Shown: positions 8,794 to 17,886, counted from the first letter of the stretch. The stretch: DNA of 34,487 nt from Myxococcota bacterium (GCA_029941235.1 JAPYQM010000009.1:23910-58396); one strand, 5' to 3'. The notes: generated by a model not told the origin, from the letters alone. Translations and numbers: made by a program.

Positions 8794-11700
8794 TTAGCGA
8801 TAGTCGTGACCCGCCGGGAGCGGTTGCCCGCCGCCCGACTCTTCGGGTTCCGCTTCGGTTTCTTTGGGCGCCGTTGTCTGCAGGTTGAGGGGCGCGAGAT
8901 GGCGGAGCTTGACGTGGATCACCCCATCGACGCTTTGTAGAGGACCCCGGATCTCCACCAGGCTCGCGGCATTCAGGGGAACCCGGAAGCGCTCGGCCTG
9001 GTCGGGGGTCACGATGGCGTTGGAGAGGCCTGTTTCATCCTCGAGGGTGAGAAAAAGAAACCCCTTTGCCGAGCCCGGCCTCTGGCGCACGATGATGTGC
9101 CCCGCTGTATGGACCGGAGTGCCGTGGGGGGTGCGCGCCAATTCGGCGGCGGTGAGCACGCCGCGGGCCCGTAGCGCTGGCCGCAGGTGCGCCATGATCT
9201 GGGGCCCCGGGGTGAGTCCCGAAAGCCTGTAGTCGGCCAGGGTTTCCTCCAGGGCCGAGAGCCCGGCGAGGCCGGGTTCGGCGGGGTCCCGGGACCCCTG
9301 ACCGGCGAAGAGCGATGTGCCATCGCGTTCGATGCCGGCGACTTGCCAAAGGGCGGCCCGGCGCTCTTTCGGTGTGGCCTCGAGTTCGGCTAGGGCGCCG
9401 AGTTCCGCCAGGGCATCGAGTTCGGCAGCACTCAGGGGCACGCGCTTCACGAGGTCGGCCAGATTGCCAAAGGGCGCCTCGTCGCGTTCGGCCTCGAGCC
9501 AGTTGCCCGTGGCCTCTCGAAGCCCCTTGGTGAAACGAAGCCCCAGGCGAACCGCGGGGGGGCTGTCCGGGCTTGCCCCGGGCTGGAGCGTGCAGCGCCA
9601 GCGCGATGCGGTGACATCGATGGCGCGCACCTCCACTCCGTGGCGTTGGGCGTCCTTGATCAGGGTGGCGGGACTGTAGAACCCCATGGGCCAGGCATTC
9701 AGCAGCCCGGTGAGAAAGGCTGCGGGGTGGTGGCATTTCAGGTAGGCCGACGCGTAGGCGATAAGCGCGAAGGAGGCCGAGTGCGATTCGGGAAATCCGT
9801 AGAGCGCAAAGGCGGTGACCTGCTGGACGATTTCCTCCTGGGCCGCGGGGGAGATTCCCTTGCGCGTCATGCCGGCCCGGAGCCGCTGATCGATGGTGTG
9901 CATGCGCGCAGTCGAGCGCTTGAACCCCATGGCGCGCCGTAATTCTTCGGCCTCGCCGCCGCTAAACCCCGCCGCCGTCATGGCCACCCGAAGCAATTGT
10001 TCCTGGAAGATCGGGATGCCCAGGGTTCGCTTCAGAATGGGTTCGAGGCAGGGATGGGGGTAGCGCACGGGTTCTCGTCCGGCGCGTCGGTTCAGGTAGG
10101 GATGGACCATCTGGCCCACGATGGGTCCGGGGCGGATGATGGCGATCTCCACGACCAGGTCGTAGAAGCAGCGGGGCTTCATGCGGGGCAGGGTGGCCAT
10201 CTGGGCCCGGCTTTCGATCTGGAAGACCCCCACCGTATCGGCGCGGCAGAGCATTGCGTAGGTTTCGGGGTCGTCCGGGGGCAGGTGGGCGAGGTCGATT
10301 TTGCGGCCCTCATGGCGTGCGATGAGGGGAAGGGTTTCCTCGAGGGCGGCCAACATGCCGAGCCCCAGGAGATCGATCTTGATGATGCCGAGATCCGTGC
10401 AGTCCTCTTTGTCCCATTGGACGATACGGCGGCCCGCCATCCGGGCGGGTTCGATGGGGACGACTTCGTCCAGGCGCCCGGCGGCGATCACGATGCCGCC
10501 GCTGTGTTGACCCAGGTGCCGGGGCAAACCCTGGATGTCGGAGACGAGTTCGATCAAGCGGGCGATTCGGGGGGCGGTGGGGTCGACGCCCGCCTCCCTC
10601 ATGCGTTCCGCAAGGGCGCCCGGGTCCTGTTGGGCGCCGGGCTGGAGATCGAACCGGGAGAGTCGGCGGGCCAGGGTGTCGACGGTTTCCGGTGCCAGGC
10701 CCACCACCTTGCCCATTTCACGCACCGCCATGCGGGTGCGGTAGGTGATGACGTTGGCCGTCATGGCCGCGCCCTCTTGGCCGTATTTCGCAAAGACGTA
10801 TTGGATCACGCGCTCGCGTTGATCCCCGGATGGCAGGTCGAGGTCGATATCCGGCCATTCGCCGCGCTCTTCGGAGAGAAATCGCTCGAAGAGCAGTTCC
10901 ATTCCCACCGGATCCACCGCCGTGATGCCCAGGGCATAACAGACCGCGCTATTGGCCGCGGAGCCGCGTCCCTGGCAGAGGATGCCCTCGCGCCGGGCAA
11001 AGTCGGCGATGTCGTGGACGATGAGGAAATAACCGTCGAGATCGAGTTTCTCGATGAGGGCGAGTTCGTGTTCGATTTGGGCGCGAACCCGGGGCGGCAG
11101 GGGCGCGCCATAGCGTTGGCGCGCACCGCGGTGGGTGAGGGCGTGCAGATGTCGGGGCTGGCTTTCGCCCGGGGGCAGGGGGTACTCGGGAAAGCGGTAG
11201 TCGAGGTCGCCCAGGTCGAAGCGGCAACGCTCGGCGATGGTTCGGGTGGCGGCCAGCCATTGGGGACGATCGGCGAAGCGGCGTGCCATTTCTTCGGGAG
11301 CGTGAAGAGTGCGCTCCCCGTTGGCGAGCAGCTTACGGCCCGCCTGATCAAGAGTCGTCTTCCAGCGCAGGCAGGTCAGGGCGTCGAGCAGTACACGTCC
11401 GCGAGGTTCGGCACACCGCACATCCCCGCTGGCCACCACCGGCACCCCGGCGGACTCGGCCAGAGCCACGGCCCGACGCGCCATGGCCTCGTGGTTTCGA
11501 TCGAGGTGCCGGGACACGTCCACCCAGAGTCGCTCCGGCTCCCGGCCGAAGATCCCTTGGGCTCGGTCGAGGGTTGCCGGGGTGAGGCGCTCGTCTCCGC
11601 GCAGCAACAGGGTCAGCCCCCGGGCATTTTCCTCGAGCTGATTCCAGTCGACCCGACATTCGCGCTTGTCGCGTCCCCGATGGCCCAGGGTGAGTAGCCG

Positions 11701-12003
11701 AGAGAGCCGTCGCCAACCCTCGGGCGATTCGACGAGAAGCAAAAGAGGAGTGGACGGGTCCCCGCGCTCTTCTTCGGGCTCGAGCTCGATTTCGGCTCCG
11801 AGAATCGCCCGCACCCCGGCGCGCCGGGCGGCCTGGTGAAAGCGCGGGATGCCGTACACCCCACCCCGGTCGGCCAGCGCAAGGGCGGGATAGTCCAGGG
11901 CGCTGGCGCGTTCGACGAGATCTTCGGGCTGAGAGGCGCCTTCGAGAAACGAGAACGCGCTGCGCGCGCGCAATTCGATGTACGCAGGGGGTTTGGGGGG
12001 CAT
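8794..12003 (-). CDS. dnaE2: Error-prone DNA polymerase DnaE2 (ImuC)
   Basis: SAFSFLEGASQPE PHP start, QGRGSAANSAVCY, PDIDLD catalytic motif, PRHLGQHSGG, FQIESRAQM, YGFPESH, RQRPGSAKG OB fold, C-terminal GHDYR (SRDFH-like). Confidence 0.96.
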   Translation of the reverse strand: MPPKPPAYIELRARSAFSFLEGASQPEDLVERASALDYPALALADRGGVYGIPRFHQAARRAGVRAILGAEIELEPEEERGDPSTPLLLLVESPEGWRRLSRLLTLGHRGRDKRECRVDWNQLEENARGLTLLLRGDERLTPATLDRAQGIFGREPERLWVDVSRHLDRNHEAMARRAVALAESAGVPVVASGDVRCAEPRGRVLLDALTCLRWKTTLDQAGRKLLANGERTLHAPEEMARRFADRPQWLAATRTIAERCRFDLGDLDYRFPEYPLPPGESQPRHLHALTHRGARQRYGAPLPPRVRAQIEHELALIEKLDLDGYFLIVHDIADFARREGILCQGRGSAANSAVCYALGITAVDPVGMELLFERFLSEERGEWPDIDLDLPSGDQRERVIQYVFAKYGQEGAAMTANVITYRTRMAVREMGKVVGLAPETVDTLARRLSRFDLQPGAQQDPGALAERMREAGVDPTAPRIARLIELVSDIQGLPRHLGQHSGGIVIAAGRLDEVVPIEPARMAGRRIVQWDKEDCTDLGIIKIDLLGLGMLAALEETLPLIARHEGRKIDLAHLPPDDPETYAMLCRADTVGVFQIESRAQMATLPRMKPRCFYDLVVEIAIIRPGPIVGQMVHPYLNRRAGREPVRYPHPCLEPILKRTLGIPIFQEQLLRVAMTAAGFSGGEAEELRRAMGFKRSTARMHTIDQRLRAGMTRKGISPAAQEEIVQQVTAFALYGFPESHSASFALIAYASAYLKCHHPAAFLTGLLNAWPMGFYSPATLIKDAQRHGVEVRAIDVTASRWRCTLQPGASPDSPPAVRLGLRFTKGLREATGNWLEAERDEAPFGNLADLVKRVPLSAAELDALAELGALAELEATPKERRAALWQVAGIERDGTSLFAGQGSRDPAEPGLAGLSALEETLADYRLSGLTPGPQIMAHLRPALRARGVLTAAELARTPHGTPVHTAGHIIVRQRPGSAKGFLFLTLEDETGLSNAIVTPDQAERFRVPLNAASLVEIRGPLQSVDGVIHVKLRHLAPLNLQTTAPKETEAEPEESGGGQPLPAGHDYR

Positions 12004-12038
12004 GTTTCGAGTTTCGCCTTTTGTTCGCCTTTTGTCAT
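12004..12038 (-). promoter_or_regulatory. Putative dnaE2 promoter with direct-repeat operator
   Basis: Coding strand reads ATGACA-aaaggcgaacaaaaggc(17 nt)-GAAACT-cgaaac-ATG; perfect 11-bp tandem (CAAAAGGCGAA)x2. Confidence 0.7.
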
Positions 12039-12141
12039 GGGCTAGGCAGGCGATCGGTACGAATTCGCGAAAGGTTTCGGAGGCTGCCTGTAGGGAATTT
12101 CCCTTGAGGGTAAGGATTCATCGGGTATGCTCGCTGCCGCT

Positions 12142-12525
12142 ATGGGCCTGACAGTTTTCTTGGTGGATGACGAGGGCCAGATTTTGCGCCTATTGACTCG
12201 GGTTTTAACCCGGGCCGGCCACACGGTGATCACCGCAGAGGACGGCGACGAGGCCTTGAATGTTTGGGCCCAACACGCCGATGCCATCGATGTGATGCTG
12301 CTCGACGTGGTGATCCCTCCGCACGGGGGGGTGGAGGTGCTGGACGAAGTGTTGGAACGCCGTCCGGATCTTCCCTTTATGCTGATCAGCGGCGAGCAAA
12401 TCGATGAGAGTTTGCGAGCTCGAGTCGAAGCCGCGCAGGGAAGCTTTCTCCGCAAGCCCTTCCATCCGGACACGGTCCTCGAGGCCATCGCTCAGGCCAC
12501 TTCGAACGACTCGGCCTCGGCTTGA
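12142..12525 (+). CDS. Single-domain response regulator (receiver only)
   Basis: VFLVDDE acidic pocket, LLDVVIP phospho-Asp, ISG, LRKPF; no output domain. Alternative start at 12127. Confidence 0.9.
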   Translation: MGLTVFLVDDEGQILRLLTRVLTRAGHTVITAEDGDEALNVWAQHADAIDVMLLDVVIPPHGGVEVLDEVLERRPDLPFMLISGEQIDESLRARVEAAQGSFLRKPFHPDTVLEAIAQATSNDSASA

Positions 12526-12604
12526 GTCGTCTTCGAAGCCTTTAAAGCTTCCAGCTCGGCGTGGGCGACCGGGTTTCGGCGCTTTGGGGCGTTAGAATTG
12601 TGGT

Positions 12605-13894
12605 TTGACTCCGCCCGCACATCGTACTCGGCCCAGCCCGGCTCGCTGTATTTTGCACGCGGACATGGATGCCTTTTACGCCTCGGTGGAGCAGCGCGAT
12701 GATCCCAAGCTTCGGGGGCGACCCGTGGCGGTGGGCGGGGACGGGCCGCGAGGGGTGGTGGCGGCGGCGAGCTACGAGGCGCGGCGCTTTGGCGTGCGCT
12801 CGGCCATGCCGAGTTTCGAAGCGCGGCGGCTCTGCCCCGATCTCGTGTTCCTGCGCGGTGATCCCCGGAAATATTCCCGGGAATCCCGGCGCATTTTCGA
12901 GATCTTTGCCGAGTTCTCGCCTTCGGTGGAGGGCCTCTCCCTCGACGAGGCCTTCATCGACCTGACGGGAAGTCGGCGGCTCCTGGGCGCTCCGGCCGAC
13001 GTAGGGGCTCGGTTGCGGGTCCGGGTACGTGAGGAGACCGGTTTGCCGGTCTCGGTGGGGATCGCCCCGGTCAAGATGGTCGCGAAGATTGCGAGTGCGG
13101 CCGCCAAGCCCGATGGCCTGTTGGAGGTGGAGCCCGAGGGCGTGCGCGAATTTCTCGCCCCCCTTCCCGTCCGTCGAATCTGGGGGGTGGGGCCGGTGGC
13201 CGAACGGCGACTGGTGGAACACGGGTTTCGGACTCTGGACGATCTGGCCCGCGCCGATCCGCAGACGATCGAGCAACTCTTCGGCGCTTGGGGGAGGGCG
13301 TTGGCCGAGTTGGCTCGGGGCGATGATTTGCGCGAAGTGGAGGCCCGAGGCGCTGCGCTTTCCTATAGCGAAGAGAATACGTTTCGGGACGATGTGGAGG
13401 ATCGCGCGCTGCTCGATGCGACGATTCTGACTCACGCCGAATCGGTGGCTCGGCGGCTTCGCAACGATGGCGTGCGCGGGCGCACGGTGGTGCTGAAATG
13501 GCGCGAGTCTCGGCGCCGGAGCGCCGGTCCCCGGGGCTACCCCTTGCATACCCGACAGCTCACGTTGTTTGAAGCCACCGACGACGGTGCGGAGATCGCC
13601 CGGGAGGCGCGGCGCTTGTTGGCCGAGTCCGGCCCCGGAGAGCCGGTGCGCCTGTTGGGAGTGGGGGTGTCGGGGATCGAGGAATCGGGTTTCGCGCAGC
13701 TCTCGCTCTTTGCCGATGGGGAGACGAAAGACGCCAACCCCCAGGAGCGGGCCGCGCTCAATCGTGCGCTCGATGAACTCGAGGCGCGTTTTGGCGCCGG
13801 GACGGTGGTGCGCGCCAGTCAGGGGCGGGCCGACAAGGCGGGGCTCTCGCTCCAGATCAAACGCGGCGAAGATCCCGGGTCGGCGGATCGCTGA
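12605..13894 (+). CDS. dinB: DNA polymerase IV (Y family)
   Basis: ILHADMDAFYASVEQ, ASYEAR, SLDEAFID catalytic motifs, AKIAS..KPDG, and a QLSLF clamp-binding motif. The TTG start is uncertain. Confidence 0.94.
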   Translation: MTPPAHRTRPSPARCILHADMDAFYASVEQRDDPKLRGRPVAVGGDGPRGVVAAASYEARRFGVRSAMPSFEARRLCPDLVFLRGDPRKYSRESRRIFEIFAEFSPSVEGLSLDEAFIDLTGSRRLLGAPADVGARLRVRVREETGLPVSVGIAPVKMVAKIASAAAKPDGLLEVEPEGVREFLAPLPVRRIWGVGPVAERRLVEHGFRTLDDLARADPQTIEQLFGAWGRALAELARGDDLREVEARGAALSYSEENTFRDDVEDRALLDATILTHAESVARRLRNDGVRGRTVVLKWRESRRRSAGPRGYPLHTRQLTLFEATDDGAEIAREARRLLAESGPGEPVRLLGVGVSGIEESGFAQLSLFADGETKDANPQERAALNRALDELEARFGAGTVVRASQGRADKAGLSLQIKRGEDPGSADR

Positions 13895-13895
13895 T

Positions 13896-15431
13896 TCAGT
13901 CGTAGATCCCATCGATCTGCCAGGCGCGTTTGATCCAGTCGTAACAGAGCCGAACCACGCTGCCGTCGCTGATCTGGATGTCGAAGTGATCGAGGGCAAA
14001 GCGTTCGTTTTCGGACCACCAATAGCCCGTTGTTCGCCAGGGGCCGGCCACTCTCACGACATCGCCCCGGGCCGCCGCGCTGCGAACGAAAGAGGGTTTG
14101 CCTCCAATCACCCGGACTTCGGCGCTCAGGGGCGGGCGCAACGCCCGCAGGGCGGGCAGGGCGGGGCGGGGTGGGGACGCAGGAAGCCGAGGCTTTTCGG
14201 GCTTGGGGGCTGCCGTTGGGGCGAAGGGTCCCATCCCAAAACCGCGGGGATTGGGGTGGTCGAGGACCTCGGGGGCCCCTACTCGCCCCTCGCCGCAGAG
14301 GACCTCGAGTTCGCTCAGGGTTCGCCCGAGGGCCGCGGGGTCGGGGCCGCGAGGAAGGAAGAGGTCGAGTTGGTCGCTGGGTACGGGCACGCCTTCGCTC
14401 GCGATGGCGATGCGCACGATGGGCGCATGGGGGGGATGCTCGCCCAGGGTAAGGGTGGTGACGCGGAGCAAGACCCGTAGATCGAGGGTGGGGGCGGCGA
14501 GCCCGATGCGTCGAGCATCCTGACCTCCGCCCTCGAGGCCCAGATGCAGATCCAGGGCTTCGCACGCCATCCCGCGCAGAGCCAGACGTTCGGAGAGCCG
14601 GGAGATCAGCCCGCGCAAGACAAAGCCCAGAGGCTCGAGGTGATCGATGGGCGCTTCGAGATCCATGGCTTCTTCGAGGTGCCGGGCGGGGGGTTGGGCC
14701 AAGGGGGGGCTGGGGTCCACCCCCTGGGCCCGGGCGACCAAGGCCAATGCACCCGGGCCGAGCCTGTGGGCGAGGCCGCGCCGGGGCAACCGAAGAAGAT
14801 CGCGCACGGTGTGGATGCCCAGCCGGGTGAGGGCTTGGGCGAGCCGGTCGTCGGGATCGAAAAGGTCGAGGGAAAGGGGGGCGAGGAAGTGGCTCTCCGC
14901 TTCGGGAGTCAGGCAATGCAGCGGGGGGCCACCGCTCATCCGGTGACGGGCGGCCAAGAGCGCGGTGGATCGGGAAGACGCGATCCCCACCACGCCCGGC
15001 AGTCCCTGGCGTTCCGCCCGAGCCAACAAGGCCGAAGCGAAAGCGGGCTCGGAGGAGAATAAATTCGCGATCCCCGATGCATCGAGAAAGACATGGCCCT
15101 CGGCAAAGAAGAGCCCGGATGTGCGGGGTGCGCTTTCGGCTCGGGGCGAAAGGGAAAGAGCAATGTCGAGCAGGGTCGCCCGGGCGGCGCGATCCAGGGC
15201 CGGGGAGGCGATGCGTACCCGGACCTCCGGGCAGGCGGCCCGCGCCTGGGCGACGGAGTGGGCGATCCGGACTCCCATGGCCTGGGCGGAGGGGGAAGCG
15301 GCGATCACATCGGCCCGGGCTCCGGTTCCCGAGGCCACCACCAGGGGCGCATCGGCAAGTTCGGGGTGGGCGCGGAGTTCGGCGCGAAGGGGCAGGTCGG
15401 GGATCAGGAGGCAGGCGATTCGGGGGGGCAT
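13896..15431 (-). CDS. imuB: ImuB, catalytically inactive Y-family polymerase scaffold
   Basis: RIACLLIPDLPL N-terminus lacking the catalytic Asp motif, VFLDASG, QLDLF clamp motif, C-terminal GPWRTTGYWW...W.IDGIYD. Start chosen at MPPRIACL. Confidence 0.9.
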   Translation of the reverse strand: MPPRIACLLIPDLPLRAELRAHPELADAPLVVASGTGARADVIAASPSAQAMGVRIAHSVAQARAACPEVRVRIASPALDRAARATLLDIALSLSPRAESAPRTSGLFFAEGHVFLDASGIANLFSSEPAFASALLARAERQGLPGVVGIASSRSTALLAARHRMSGGPPLHCLTPEAESHFLAPLSLDLFDPDDRLAQALTRLGIHTVRDLLRLPRRGLAHRLGPGALALVARAQGVDPSPPLAQPPARHLEEAMDLEAPIDHLEPLGFVLRGLISRLSERLALRGMACEALDLHLGLEGGGQDARRIGLAAPTLDLRVLLRVTTLTLGEHPPHAPIVRIAIASEGVPVPSDQLDLFLPRGPDPAALGRTLSELEVLCGEGRVGAPEVLDHPNPRGFGMGPFAPTAAPKPEKPRLPASPPRPALPALRALRPPLSAEVRVIGGKPSFVRSAAARGDVVRVAGPWRTTGYWWSENERFALDHFDIQISDGSVVRLCYDWIKRAWQIDGIYD

Positions 15432-15450
15432 TTTGCTTGGGGTTGCCCGT

Positions 15451-16284
15451 TTAGCCGGAGGCGTTTTTGACTCGGAAGGCACCGCCGAGTCGGACAAGGG
15501 CAGACCGGCCGTGGCCTCCACTCGGATGACGAACCAGCACCGCCCGGGTTTCGATTTCTTCGAGCAGGGGCGGGGATCCGCTGAAGCGAGCCCGGGCGGG
15601 CTGCAATTCCAAGACGATTCGGGCCTCGGTCCCCGCTTGGCGCTGGTGGCTGAGCACGATCAGAGCGGTTCGTGTGGCCGCCGCTTGCCGGGCCAGGCGG
15701 GTCCAGATGGAGGCGGGGATTTCGGACCGGGCCCGCGCCGAGGATGGGGAATTCGGTGCGATATCGAGGATGACCAAGGGCAACCCCTCGGTTTCCAGCA
15801 ATCGCTCGGTACACCGCAGGGCATCGCGCCCGGGTCCGACTCGGGCCCAGAGCACCCGGCGCAAATCGACTCCCGCAGTCTGGGCGGAGGATGGATCGAA
15901 AGCATCGGGGGTGTCGATCACGGCCACCCGCTCGCCCCGGTTTTCAACCCCGCCCGTCGTGGTGGTCGCGAGCAAGGCAAAGAGGAGGGATGTTCGCCCG
16001 GAGGAAGCGGGTCCGGTGATTTCGCCCAGATCTCCGCGTGCAAAGCCGCCTCCGAGGAGTTCGTCGATGGCGTCGAGCCCGCTCGCGTGGCGGTGTGGAT
16101 CGCCTTCGCGTTTCTGGGCGCTCTGGAGGGCATGGCCGGGTTGCAGTCGACCGCCGAGATCCCTCAGCAATGCGTCGATGCGTTCGCGGGGCGGTCCTGC
16201 TGCCGTCTGCAACCCCCGGGATTCGGTGGATGCGGCCAGAACTTTCGGGGAGGGATTGCGAGCGGGCAGGGGACCAGCGGGCAT
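15451..16284 (-). CDS. imuA: ImuA, RecA-like mutagenesis protein
   Basis: SGLDAIDELLGGGFARGDLGEITGPASSGRTSL (degenerate Walker A), IDTPDAFDP..A..AGVDLRRVLW, W.RLARQA; directly upstream of imuB. Confidence 0.85.
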   Translation of the reverse strand: MPAGPLPARNPSPKVLAASTESRGLQTAAGPPRERIDALLRDLGGRLQPGHALQSAQKREGDPHRHASGLDAIDELLGGGFARGDLGEITGPASSGRTSLLFALLATTTTGGVENRGERVAVIDTPDAFDPSSAQTAGVDLRRVLWARVGPGRDALRCTERLLETEGLPLVILDIAPNSPSSARARSEIPASIWTRLARQAAATRTALIVLSHQRQAGTEARIVLELQPARARFSGSPPLLEEIETRAVLVRHPSGGHGRSALVRLGGAFRVKNASG

Positions 16285-16319
16285 CCCTTTACTTTCGCTT
16301 TTTATTCGCCTTCGTTCAA
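16285..16319 (-). promoter_or_regulatory. Putative imuAB promoter with direct-repeat operator
   Basis: Coding strand reads TTGAAC-gaaggcgaataaaaagc(17 nt)-GAAAGT-aaaggg-ATG; the 20-mer is 18/20 identical to the element upstream of dnaE2. Confidence 0.7.
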
Positions 16320-16363
16320 GGCCCTTGGGTGGCCGGGGCCATGAAAAATCCCCGAACCGGCCG

Positions 16364-17011
16364 TCAATTCGGCTCGGGGGGGTCCACCAGCCGGGTGCAG
16401 CCGTCCTTGATCTCGACGCGCCCCTCGGCGATCAGCCGAATTGCCTGGGGGACCAGCCGTCGCTCGATGGCGGTGACCCGAGCCGCGAGGGTGTTCGGGG
16501 TATCGCCGGGTTCCACGGGGACCGACTCCTGCAGCAGGATGGGGCCGTGATCGTATTCGTCGTCGGTGAAATGCACCGTGGCCCCGGTCAGCTTGACCCC
16601 GGCGGCGAGCACCGCTTCGTAGACCCGCTGGCCGTAGAAGCCGGTGCCCGAAAAGGCAGGGATCAGCGCGGGGTGAACGTTGAGCGCGCGACCTTCGTAG
16701 CGGCCGCGCAGTTGGAAGAGGGAGAGGAAACCGAGCAGCGCCACGAGTTCGACCTCGTAGGGAGCCAGGGCCGCGTGCAGGGCATCGTTGAAGGCGTCCG
16801 GGTCCGCGTGTTCCTTGCGCGGGATCGCGATGGCCGGAATGCCGCGCCGCCGCGCCCGTTCGAGCCCGTAGGCGTTGGCCTTACTCGAGATCACCACCAC
16901 GACTTCACCCGGGACATCGCCGGATTCGATGTGCTCGAGCAGGTTTTCTAGGCTCGTCCCATTGCCCGAGAGCAGAACCGCGATGCGCAGCCGGGCCGGG
17001 GCCGCGCTCAT
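16364..17011 (-). CDS. purN: Phosphoribosylglycinamide formyltransferase
   Basis: AVLLSGNGTSL, NVHPALIPAF, TGATVHF..DEYDHGPI; 4-nt ATGA overlap with metF. Confidence 0.95.
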   Translation of the reverse strand: MSAAPARLRIAVLLSGNGTSLENLLEHIESGDVPGEVVVVISSKANAYGLERARRRGIPAIAIPRKEHADPDAFNDALHAALAPYEVELVALLGFLSLFQLRGRYEGRALNVHPALIPAFSGTGFYGQRVYEAVLAAGVKLTGATVHFTDDEYDHGPILLQESVPVEPGDTPNTLAARVTAIERRLVPQAIRLIAEGRVEIKDGCTRLVDPPEPN

Positions 17012-17886
17012 TGGACGAGTCCCGCCTCTCGGAGCGCGCGATGGATTCGCCGAGTCGCCGACGATCGGTTCAGCGTATAGAAATGAATGCCCGGCACCCC
17101 GGCCTCGATAAGTTCACGGCATTGCAAACTGGCCCACTCGATCCCGATTTCGAGCACAGCCGCGTCGTCTTCGTCGTTGCGGGAGAGTTCGCTGTCGAGT
17201 TCGCTGGGAATGGTTCCCCCGCCCAGAGCGCTCATGCGGCGAATGCCGCTGGCGCTGGTGATCGGCATGATGCCTGGCACGATGGGGATCTGGATCCCTT
17301 CGGCCCGGGCCCGGTCCACGAAGGCGAAAAATTTCGTATTGTCGAAAAAAAGCTGGCTGATCAGGAATTGAGCGCCCGCATCGACTTTTTTCTTCAGGTT
17401 CATCAGGTCGGCCTCGGCACTGGTGGCCTCGGGGTGGGTCTCGGGGTGACAGCCCCCGCCGATGCTGAAGCCCCCGCGCTCGGCGATGAACGCGGTGAGT
17501 TCGCTCGCGTAGTCGAAGCCGTCATCCGGGTGGCGAAAATCCGTTGTGTCCCGAGGCGGGTCGCCGCGCAGAGCGAGGACGTTCTGAATGCCCGCGACAG
17601 CGAGGTCGTCGAGAACCTGGGCGATTTCCGCGCGTTCCGAGCCCAGGCAGGGGAGGTGAGCCATGGCGGTGAGGCCGAGTTCCCGCTCGATGCGGATCAC
17701 CAAATCGACGGTTTGGCTTCGGGTGGACCCCCCGGCCCCCATGGTCATCGAGACGAATCCGGGGGTGAGCTCTTTCAGGTCGCCGATGGTCTCGAAAAGA
17801 GCGTGGTAGCCACGGTCGGTCTTTGGCGGGAAAAACTCAAAGGAGATCACTGGGTCGCCATGGCGATAGAGATCGACGATATTCAT
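17008..17886 (-). CDS. metF: 5,10-methylenetetrahydrofolate reductase
   Basis: SFEFFPPK, GAGGST, LALRGDPP, HPETHPE, KKKVDAGA..LISQLFFD, GIHFYTLN. Confidence 0.96.
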   Translation of the reverse strand: MNIVDLYRHGDPVISFEFFPPKTDRGYHALFETIGDLKELTPGFVSMTMGAGGSTRSQTVDLVIRIERELGLTAMAHLPCLGSERAEIAQVLDDLAVAGIQNVLALRGDPPRDTTDFRHPDDGFDYASELTAFIAERGGFSIGGGCHPETHPEATSAEADLMNLKKKVDAGAQFLISQLFFDNTKFFAFVDRARAEGIQIPIVPGIMPITSASGIRRMSALGGGTIPSELDSELSRNDEDDAAVLEIGIEWASLQCRELIEAGVPGIHFYTLNRSSATRRIHRALREAGLVQ

